Shown here: one piece after another, positions 21,630 to 28,793 of the stretch | Layout of the letters: every line of letters starts with the position of its first letter | How positions within the stretch are numbered: position 1 is the stretch's first letter | Assembly: GCF_000196355.1 (NCBI RefSeq) | Contig: NC_007614.1 | Span: 480,001-512,000, forward strand | Direction of reading: 5' to 3' | DNA from: Nitrosospira multiformis ATCC 25196 | GTDB lineage: Bacteria > Pseudomonadota > Gammaproteobacteria > Burkholderiales > Nitrosomonadaceae | Length of the DNA: 32,000 nucleotides | Program-made: the position numbers and the translations under genes | Notes under the pieces: model-generated | Databases searched by the model: none | What the model saw: the letters and a program-made list of their open reading frames with translations, nothing else | Told to the model about the DNA's origin: nothing

Positions 21630-22868
21630 CTAAGCTGACATTTCTGCGGGTGGTTCCGGTTCCGCGGAAGTAAAAAGTTGCGACAGCGGAAGGCTCATTT
21701 TCTCATCGATCCCCACAGCAATATCATCGAGCAGCTGCTCCAGCCGGGTATCCCCCCCTGCCGTACCCCTTAGTGCTTCGGGACGAAACGCAAACAGGCG
21801 GTAGACATCCGCAATGCGGATCTCGGCGGGATCCAGTATTTGAACCCATCCTCCTTCCTGAACCTGTCGCACGAAATTGGCTTTCACCATGAGCTCCAGT
21901 ATCCGCTCCACTTCTTCGGGACTTAGCATCAACTGCTGCTGCAAGCTGAGAGCGGTTTCAACTTTGCCTGCCTTCAACGCCTCTCCAAGTATCCCCAATA
22001 AACGCAATGCATCAAAAAACTGCTTACCCCTGGCGTTCGGGTCGTCACGCCACTCCCGGAAACGCCAGCTTGAAAGCGATGCGGCAATAACCGCTCCGAG
22101 CAGCACCATCAACCATGAAAGATAAAGCCATAGCAGGAAAATGGGAATGGTCGCAAAGGTGCCGTATACTGCCTGATAAGTCGGAAACCGGGTGATGTAG
22201 AACGCAAAGCCTTCCTTCATTATCTCGAACCCTATCGCCGCCGCCACGCCACCCGCTATCGCATGCCGCCATGCCACCTGACGATTCGGCACGATGAGAT
22301 AGGAAGCCGAAAAGGCAATACTCGTCAGCACGAGCGGACTCAACCGCAAAAGCATGATGTCCCCCCCCGGGATATCACGAGTAAATCCCCTGGAAGCGGT
22401 CATGAGCCAGGACGTAAGCGACAGGCTCGCGCCGATCAATAAAGGGCCAATCGTCAGAACGGACCAATATATCAGGAGGCGATGCAGGAGCGGCCGCAGG
22501 CGGGATACTCGCCAGATGCTGTTGAGTGCTTCGTCTATTGTAAGCATGAGCGCAAGTGCGGTTACGCCCAGGAAGGCGATGCCTATGGCAGTCAGCTTGG
22601 CCGCATTGTCGGCGAATTGCTGCATGTATACGGAGATGACCTTGTTTGCTGCTTCCGGCACCATGGTGGTGAGAATGAATTCCTTTATCCGGTCCGAGAA
22701 TTCAGCGAATGCGGGAAATGCCGCTATTACCGATAACCCGATCGCGAGCATTGGTACCAACGAAAGCAAGGTGGTGAATGTAAGACTCCCTGCAATCTGG
22801 GTGCAGTTGTGCTGGAAAAAGCGCACAAGGACATAGTGCATGAAATCGACGGGACGTATGGATTTCAT
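21630..22868 (-). CDS. YihY/BrkB family inner-membrane protein with C-terminal winged-helix-like extension
   Basis: Multi-TM protein (FMHYVLVRFFQHNCTQIAGSLTFTTLLSLVPMLAIGLSVI…, VYGTFATIPIFLLWLYLSWLMVLLGAVIAASL). The track start at 22970 is a TTG just after leuA; ATG 22868 (MKSIRPVDFMHYV) matches the family N-terminus better. Confidence 0.88.
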   Translation of the reverse strand: MKSIRPVDFMHYVLVRFFQHNCTQIAGSLTFTTLLSLVPMLAIGLSVIAAFPAFAEFSDRIKEFILTTMVPEAANKVISVYMQQFADNAAKLTAIGIAFLGVTALALMLTIDEALNSIWRVSRLRPLLHRLLIYWSVLTIGPLLIGASLSLTSWLMTASRGFTRDIPGGDIMLLRLSPLVLTSIAFSASYLIVPNRQVAWRHAIAGGVAAAIGFEIMKEGFAFYITRFPTYQAVYGTFATIPIFLLWLYLSWLMVLLGAVIAASLSSWRFREWRDDPNARGKQFFDALRLLGILGEALKAGKVETALSLQQQLMLSPEEVERILELMVKANFVRQVQEGGWVQILDPAEIRIADVYRLFAFRPEALRGTAGGDTRLEQLLDDIAVGIDEKMSLPLSQLFTSAEPEPPAEMSA

Positions 22869-22975
22869 TACTTTCGCGACAGGTCGTGAGGATTGAGAGA
22901 AAAGCTCCACGCGTAGCCCCGCTTTGGAGGCAGGACAGACAGCCCCGGTTTGTCCTGCCGCGTTCTTCAAGATTT

Positions 22976-24508
22976 CTACACTTGCGGGTGTGCCCGCTCC
23001 AGCTTGCTGTGCAGCTTGTTCAGAGCGCTGAGATACGCCTTGGCGGAGGCGACGACAATGTCCGTATCAGCGCCATTACCATTGACGATACGGCCCGACT
23101 TCTGCAGCCGGACCGTGACCTCGCCCTGGGAATCAGTGCCACTGGTGATCGCATTGACGGAGTAGAGCTGCAGTTCCACGCCGCTGTTCAGTATCTTTTC
23201 GATGGCGCGGAAAGTGGCGTCGACCGGTCCGCTTCCATCCGACTCCGCGCGCGATTCCCTGCCTTCTTCACCGATTACTATACTGGCATGAGGCGTTTCC
23301 CCCGTTTCGCTGTGCGCTGTCAGTGACAGGAGCTTGTAGTGCTCCTGCAAGGCGGCGGCGTCATCGGAAACCAGGGCATGCAGGTCTTCATCGAAAATAT
23401 CATGCTTCTTGTCTGCCAGCTCCTTGAAGCGCATGAAGGTGGCATTAAGAGTTTCTTCCGATTCCAGCTCGATCCCGAGCTCTGCCAAGCGGCTGCGGAA
23501 GGCGTTGCGTCCGGAATGCTTGCCCAGCAGCAATTTGTTTGCCCCCCAGCCCACATCCTCCGCTCGCATGATTTCGTATGTTTCGCGGTGTTTCAATACC
23601 CCGTCCTGATGTATTCCGGATTCGTGTGCGAATGCGTTTGCGCCCACAATTGCCTTGTTCGGCTGTACCGGAAACCCGGTGATGCCTGAAACCAGCTTGC
23701 TTGCGGGCACAATATGGACACTATCGATGCGGGTATCACAAGGAAAGAAATCCTGGCGGGTGCGCACAGCCATGACGACCTCCTCCAGGGAGGCATTGCC
23801 CGCGCGCTCGCCCAGTCCGTTTACCGTGCATTCGACCTGGCGTGCTCCGTTCATCACTGCCGATAACGAATTGGCCACTGCCAGTCCAAGATCATTATGG
23901 CAGTGCACCGAGAATATGACTTTATCCGAATTGGGAATCCTCTCGCGGAGGGTACGAATGAGTTCCCCGAATTGCTGGGGCATGGTATAGCCCACCGTAT
24001 CGGGAATATTCACAGTTCCCGCTCCGGCATCGATGACCGCTTCGAGCACGCGGCAAAGAAAGGTGATGTCAGAGCGTCCCGCATCCTCAGGGGAGAATTC
24101 GACGTCATCGGTGTATTGACGCGCAAATTTCACCGCTTTCACCGCCTGTTCCACCACCTGATCCGGGGACATGCGCAGTTTCTTTTCCATGTGAATGGGC
24201 GAGGTGGCGATAAAGGTGTGGATGCGCGCCGAGTTGGCTCCCCGCAATGCTTCGCCTGCACGCCTGATATCGCCTTCGATTGCGCGTGCAAGACCGCATA
24301 TGGTACTGCCCTTGATCGCAGCGGCTACGGCTTTTACCGCTTCGAAATCGCCATTCGAGGCAGCTGGAAAACCCGCTTCAATGACATCAACCCGCATTCG
24401 TTCGAGTTGCCGGGCGATCCGCACTTTCTCCTCCCTCGTCATGGAGGCACCCGGGCTTTGCTCGCCGTCACGCAAGGTGGTATCAAAAATGATGAGATGG
24501 TCTTTCAA
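22976..24508 (-). CDS. leuA: 2-isopropylmalate synthase, probable TTG start
   Basis: 510 aa; [36 protein letters not shown]-terminal LeuA regulatory domain. + strand 24506-24508 is caa, so the start codon is TTG; GGAG lies 6 nt upstream. Confidence 0.97.
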   Translation of the reverse strand: MKDHLIIFDTTLRDGEQSPGASMTREEKVRIARQLERMRVDVIEAGFPAASNGDFEAVKAVAAAIKGSTICGLARAIEGDIRRAGEALRGANSARIHTFIATSPIHMEKKLRMSPDQVVEQAVKAVKFARQYTDDVEFSPEDAGRSDITFLCRVLEAVIDAGAGTVNIPDTVGYTMPQQFGELIRTLRERIPNSDKVIFSVHCHNDLGLAVANSLSAVMNGARQVECTVNGLGERAGNASLEEVVMAVRTRQDFFPCDTRIDSVHIVPASKLVSGITGFPVQPNKAIVGANAFAHESGIHQDGVLKHRETYEIMRAEDVGWGANKLLLGKHSGRNAFRSRLAELGIELESEETLNATFMRFKELADKKHDIFDEDLHALVSDDAAALQEHYKLLSLTAHSETGETPHASIVIGEEGRESRAESDGSGPVDATFRAIEKILNSGVELQLYSVNAITSGTDSQGEVTVRLQKSGRIVNGNGADTDIVVASAKAYLSALNKLHSKLERAHPQV

Positions 24509-24609
24509 TTGTTTCTCCGTTTTTCAGAAAGAATACTCGAACTCTGATAGGGAATCCAGAAACGGATTCCATCGATAAAAACTGGTAAAGACTTGAGGGA
24601 GATCGGTAA

Positions 24610-24702
24610 TTAGCGCGCGAGGCGCAGCAGTGGTCTTGCGAGAAGCTGCAGGCGGGGATGAAGGCAGAATGGAATGAACTGAACGAAGTTTGCGAAGTGC
24701 AT
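24610..24702 (-). CDS. Putative leucine-rich leader peptide upstream of leuA (candidate attenuation leader)
   Basis: 30-codon ORF MHFANFVQFIPFCLHPRLQLLARPLLRLAR; 7 Leu in the last 17 residues. It lies between a promoter-like element and leuA. Confidence 0.35.
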   Translation of the reverse strand: MHFANFVQFIPFCLHPRLQLLARPLLRLAR

Positions 24703-24708
24703 GTCCCA

Positions 24709-24737
24709 AATATAAAGGGTTTCCGGAACGCGTGCAA
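24709..24737 (-). promoter_or_regulatory. Sigma70-like promoter candidate for leuA transcript
   Basis: Minus strand TTGCAC (24737-24732), 17-nt spacer, TATATT (24714-24709). Confidence 0.5.
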
Positions 24738-24754
24738 TAGCGAAATTGAATGCT

Positions 24755-24786
24755 ATATTGAAACTGACCGATATTGAAACTGACCG
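24755..24786. repeat. Perfect 16-bp tandem direct repeat, 2 copies
   Basis: ATATTGAAACTGACCG at 24755-24770 and 24771-24786, 18 nt upstream of the candidate leuA -35 box. Confidence 0.85.
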
Positions 24787-24832
24787 GTTGACTCTCCAGG
24801 AAGGGCTCCTCAAGAATTTTCGATGCTTCTCA

Positions 24833-25444
24833 ATGGGTAAGAACTTTGCCGGAAGCGGGAATTTTGGTTACGACCGGCTCGCGGCGGGTCTTGTGATTGC
24901 GCTTGCCATGGGCGCATGCAATCCGACAGAACAAGGACATATAAAGGAGGTCACGGGCCACTTGCCGGATTTGAGTTTTTCACTCAGCTCCGATGAGGGG
25001 CAGCCGGTTACAGCCAAAACATATGAGGGAAAAGTATTGCTCATGTATTTTGGATTTACACATTGCCGGGAAGAGTGTCCGATTTCCATGGCGCGTCTTA
25101 CGCGGGTAATGCATCTCCTCGGGGAAGACGCAAAGCGGACGCATATCCTCTTTGTAACCGTGGACCCGACGCGGGACGGTCCCAGGGAATTGCGTCGCTA
25201 TCTGGCGCAATTCAATCTCGCGCAGGCGACGGGATTGACCGGTACTGCGGATGAAATCGGGGAGCTTGCAAAACGATGCCGCAACGCATTCCGGCCGCAT
25301 TTTCCCCCTGGCGGAGATGGCGGCCTCATGCATGGCGATGCGGTCTATATATTTGACGCCCAGGGCCATGCCCGCCTACTGGCAACATCCGCCGATCCTG
25401 AAGAGACTCTGGCGGAAGATCTGCGGGATTTGCTTCCTTCCTGA
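24833..25444 (+). CDS. SCO1/SenC family copper chaperone for heme-copper oxidase, lipoprotein
   Basis: Lipobox-like LVIALAMGAC; VLLMYFGFTHCREECPISMARLTRVMHLL (CxxxC copper site), LFVTVDPTRDGP, LMHGDAVYIFD. The track start at 24746 is less likely because it runs through the tandem repeat and lacks an RBS. Confidence 0.92.
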   Translation: MGKNFAGSGNFGYDRLAAGLVIALAMGACNPTEQGHIKEVTGHLPDLSFSLSSDEGQPVTAKTYEGKVLLMYFGFTHCREECPISMARLTRVMHLLGEDAKRTHILFVTVDPTRDGPRELRRYLAQFNLAQATGLTGTADEIGELAKRCRNAFRPHFPPGGDGGLMHGDAVYIFDAQGHARLLATSADPEETLAEDLRDLLPS

Positions 25445-25478
25445 AAACTTCTCCGGGTAGTGACGGACATCAATTGTA

Positions 25479-26303
25479 ATGGAATGGTTTTACTGGCTGG
25501 TGCCTTGGGAAGAGTCTATTCTGGTGGTTGCCGCCGCTGGGAGCGCCGCTCTTTTCTTTCCGAGAGGCTGCGCCTCGGTTCGCCCGTCGCTTCATCGCAA
25601 ATTGTGCTTCTGGGGTGGATTAAGCCTGGCATATCTCGTTTCTCACACTCAGCTCGATTATTACTCCGAGCATCAGTTTTTCATTCACCGGCTTCAGCAT
25701 CTTGCATTGCATCATCTCGGACCTTTTCTGATTGTATTGAGCAGGCCATGCCCGGTTCTTCTTGCGGGCATGCCGTCAAGGATGAGGCGGGCATTTCGTC
25801 TGATGGCGGGATGGAATTCCATTCGATATCCCGCTCAGGCTTTGTGCAATCCGGTCGTTGCAGTCGTACTGTTCAGCATGCTCATCGGATTCTGGTTGCT
25901 GCCTTCGATTCATTTTATGGCGATGATCGATTGGCGTCTCTATCGTCTGATGAACTGGAGCGTGTTTCTCAGCGGATTGGTTTTCTGGGGACTGGTCTTG
26001 ACTCCGGGCCCGGTGTTTGCCGTCAAGCTGTCCCCTGGCTCTCGCATTGGTATGATGCTTGCCATAATTCCGCCTCAAATCGTCATCGGCGCCATCATTT
26101 TCTTTACTGCTCATGAGTTGTATCCGATCTACACCATTTGCGGACGTGCTATTGGCGGAATCAACGCCCTTGCCGATCAACAGATCGGGGGCATCATTCT
26201 GTGGATACACGGTGCGATGATGAGCGCAGTCGGGATTCTGGTGGTCATCCTGAGGGAATTGATGCTTGCAGAATATCCGGAAGCCGGACAGAAAGTGGCA
26301 TGA
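25479..26303 (+). CDS. ctaG: Cytochrome c oxidase assembly factor CtaG (caa3-type, CtaG_caa3 family)
   Basis: 274 aa multi-TM; SHTQLDYYSEHQFFIHRLQHLALHHLGPFLIVLSRP; conserved His-rich helix typical of the caa3 CtaG family, beside SCO1 and the oxidase cluster. Confidence 0.85.
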   Translation: MEWFYWLVPWEESILVVAAAGSAALFFPRGCASVRPSLHRKLCFWGGLSLAYLVSHTQLDYYSEHQFFIHRLQHLALHHLGPFLIVLSRPCPVLLAGMPSRMRRAFRLMAGWNSIRYPAQALCNPVVAVVLFSMLIGFWLLPSIHFMAMIDWRLYRLMNWSVFLSGLVFWGLVLTPGPVFAVKLSPGSRIGMMLAIIPPQIVIGAIIFFTAHELYPIYTICGRAIGGINALADQQIGGIILWIHGAMMSAVGILVVILRELMLAEYPEAGQKVA

Positions 26304-26324
26304 ACCTTTGCTTTCCTTTTCTTT

Positions 26325-26356
26325 CCCGTTCCGGACGGGTAGAAACAAAATTTTTT
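26325..26356 (+). terminator. Candidate intrinsic terminator after ctaG
   Basis: CCCGT-tccgg-ACGGG hairpin (26325-26339) followed, after an 11-nt gap, by TTTTTT (26351-26356). Confidence 0.3.
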
Positions 26357-26360
26357 GCAA

Positions 26361-27728
26361 TTATTCGTTCAGCGCTTCACGCATCAAATACACATCGCGA
26401 GTGGTCACAGGCGGAGCCTTGTTGCCCCAGCTGTTACGGATGAACGTAAGCACTTCAGCGATTTCCCGGTCAGTAAATCTTTCGGCATAGCCTGGCATTT
26501 TCTCCGGTTTCGGTCCCGTCTTTGTCCGCGGGCCTTTTCCTCCTTCCAGCATGAGCCGGATCAGGGAAGAGGCATTCTCCGAAAGCACGATCGAACTTCC
26601 GGATAGGGGAGGAAACTTTGGCGGCTTGCCACTTCCCTCGTTCCGATGACATTTGGCGCAGAAGCCACTATATATTCCCGCGCCGGGTTTCTCGGATCGG
26701 CTCATTCCGGCGGGAATGACAGCTGGCGTTCTGCGAGGGTTATACGATGACTTTTCTCCGGTGGCAGGAAGCGACTTGAGGTAATGGGCGACCGCGTCGA
26801 GATCCTCCTGGCGCAAGTACTGGGTGCTGTTTTCAATGACAGCGACCATGCTGCCAAATGCAGCGGTATGGCCACTATGGCCAGTCTTGAGAAACGCCGC
26901 AATCTCCTCTTCCGTCCATCTGCCCAGACCCGCTGCGGTGTTTCCGGTCAACTCCGGAGCAAACCAGTTATCTATCAGGGCACCGGTCAAATAGTCGGAT
27001 GAGGTTTCCGAATAGGCCTTTTCCTGATAGGCCAAACCGCGGGGGGTATGACAGGCACCGCAGTGACCGAGCGCCTGCACCAGGTACGCACCGCGATTCC
27101 ATTTTTCACCCCGATCAGCCCGGGGTTCGAACCGCTTGTGTTCAACAAAGGCAAGATCCCAGAACTTGAGGGTCCAGCGCTGATTGAAGGGGAATGGCAG
27201 GCGAGTCTGCGAGGGCGTGTGCCGCACCGGTTTCACCCCGTGCATGAAGTAGGCATATAACGCGCGCGCATCTTCATCCGACATTGCCGTGAATGACGGG
27301 TAAGGCATGGCTGGGTACAACCATTTACCGTCCTTCCTGATGCCGCCGCGCACAGCCCGGCTGAAATCCTCATAGCTGTAGCGGCCGATGCCGGTTTCCG
27401 GGTCAGGCGTAATATTGGTCGAATAAATGGTACCGAAGGGTGAATTGATCGCCAGCCCGCCCCCAAAAGCCGGATGCGCGGCTCCTGCCGTGTGACATCC
27501 GGTGCAGTCTGCGATAGTGGCGAGATAGGCGCCGCGTGTAACCAGTGCATCGAATGCGCTCTCATCCTTCCCGGCAGCCTCTGCGGCATGACCCGCAGCG
27601 GCAGTCGCAATGGACACCTGAGTGTCCGTCACGATTGCACCCATGGCAAGCAGGACAGCACTCAGAAGAATTCGAGTTTCTTTGCCCATCCGGATGATCC
27701 AGTCGGAAACCGTTCTGCGCGACTTCAT
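26361..27728 (-). CDS. Tri-heme cytochrome c associated with the oxidase cluster
   Basis: Three CxxCH motifs (CTGCHTAG, CGACHTPR, CAKCHRNE); layout resembles the cytochrome subunit of membrane-bound alcohol/gluconate dehydrogenases. The track start is 27752, overlapping the upstream gene by 19 nt; ATG 27728 is an alternative. Confidence 0.85.
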   Translation of the reverse strand: MKSRRTVSDWIIRMGKETRILLSAVLLAMGAIVTDTQVSIATAAAGHAAEAAGKDESAFDALVTRGAYLATIADCTGCHTAGAAHPAFGGGLAINSPFGTIYSTNITPDPETGIGRYSYEDFSRAVRGGIRKDGKWLYPAMPYPSFTAMSDEDARALYAYFMHGVKPVRHTPSQTRLPFPFNQRWTLKFWDLAFVEHKRFEPRADRGEKWNRGAYLVQALGHCGACHTPRGLAYQEKAYSETSSDYLTGALIDNWFAPELTGNTAAGLGRWTEEEIAAFLKTGHSGHTAAFGSMVAVIENSTQYLRQEDLDAVAHYLKSLPATGEKSSYNPRRTPAVIPAGMSRSEKPGAGIYSGFCAKCHRNEGSGKPPKFPPLSGSSIVLSENASSLIRLMLEGGKGPRTKTGPKPEKMPGYAERFTDREIAEVLTFIRNSWGNKAPPVTTRDVYLMREALNE

Positions 27729-27733
27729 GTGCT

Positions 27734-28180
27734 TCAGATCCAGGCGCTGCATGATCGGATCGAAAGCACGGCGAAAGTGTTGAACAGGATCGCAACGATG
27801 AACACAAAGCTTGACATCATCCCCAGCATCGCCAGAAATCGCGCCTGCCCTTCATCTTTCTGAATGGGAAGCTGTTTATTCGACGCGTCTTCGGAGTAGC
27901 GGGCGAGGCTTCGCCAGGAGGCAAGAGCGATATAGCCGGAGATTAGAGCGGCGGCCAGGCAGGCAAAGCCTATTGTTGCCAGTATTGCCGTCAATCCGGG
28001 CCAAAGGGGGGCAGGAAGCGGAAACTGATGCGGATAGCAGGCATAGGCGGCGATCGGCGGGGTCAACGCCATTTGCGTTACCCAAGCGCCAGGTGCGCCG
28101 AAGAGCGCAAGCAATGTCCTGACCCGTGGCGGAGAATGAAGGAAGTGATGTTCTGTGGAAACAGTTTGTCTTGCATCCAT
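27734..28180 (-). CDS. Small membrane protein of the oxidase operon (CoxP-position protein)
   Basis: About 148 aa from ATG 28180 (MDARQTVSTEHHFLHSPPRVRTLLALFGAPGAWVTQM…) with three hydrophobic segments. The track start at 28306 would overlap subunit III by over 100 nt. Confidence 0.65.
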   Translation of the reverse strand: MDARQTVSTEHHFLHSPPRVRTLLALFGAPGAWVTQMALTPPIAAYACYPHQFPLPAPLWPGLTAILATIGFACLAAALISGYIALASWRSLARYSEDASNKQLPIQKDEGQARFLAMLGMMSSFVFIVAILFNTFAVLSIRSCSAWI

Positions 28181-28187
28181 TTGAAGA

Positions 28188-28793
28188 TCATCCGCGCTGG
28201 AGATAAGGGGACAAATACAAGGCGGAGAAAACGAACAGCCAGACGACATCGACAAAATGCCAGTAAACCCCGCCGATGGTGATTGCAACATGGCGCTTGT
28301 GGTCAAAATAACCCATCATGGTCCAGGCGAGCAGGAGCAAAAGCACTCCCAGCCCGATAATCACATGGCACAAGTGAAAGCCGGTGATCGTAAAGTAGAG
28401 TGATCCGTACAGGTCGGAGTTGATGCTGAATGTCTTGTTTTTCCACTCCAGAAGCTGTATCGCGACAAAGGCGCTACCCAAAGCAATCGCGGCGATAAAT
28501 CCGAAAATGCTGGATCGTACTCCACCTTGCCGGATGCGCCGTTCTCCCGCCCAGAAAGCAGCGCTGCTGGCAAGCAGGATGATGGTATTGATGCCTGGAA
28601 TGAGCAGGCCCGGCAATCCGGTCGGGGGCCAGTCCTGTCCTGTTTGTGCCGCGAGGTAGAAGTAGGTGAACAGCAGGTATCCGAACAGGGAAGCCTCGGT
28701 CACGATGAGCGCGATCACTCCCCACCATCCGCCGGAGAGCTTACCAGCGCTTCCCACCGGCAAAGGGGTGACAACGGGGGCAGTCCCGCTCAC
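28188..28793 (-). CDS. Cytochrome c oxidase subunit III
   Basis: WWGVIALIVTEASLFGYLLFTYFYLAAQ, FSINSDLYGSLYFTITGFHLCHVIIGLGVLLL, YWHFVDVVWLFVFSALYL. GTG 28793 overlaps the subunit I stop as GTGA and has AGAGGAGG upstream. Confidence 0.9.
   Translation of the reverse strand: MSGTAPVVTPLPVGSAGKLSGGWWGVIALIVTEASLFGYLLFTYFYLAAQTGQDWPPTGLPGLLIPGINTIILLASSAAFWAGERRIRQGGVRSSIFGFIAAIALGSAFVAIQLLEWKNKTFSINSDLYGSLYFTITGFHLCHVIIGLGVLLLLLAWTMMGYFDHKRHVAITIGGVYWHFVDVVWLFVFSALYLSPYLQRG

Noticed and set aside
25460-26116. 218-aa plus-strand ORF overlapping ctaG
   Set aside because: Alternative frame of the ctaG region; the ctaG frame has the His-rich family motif and TM pattern while this frame does not.
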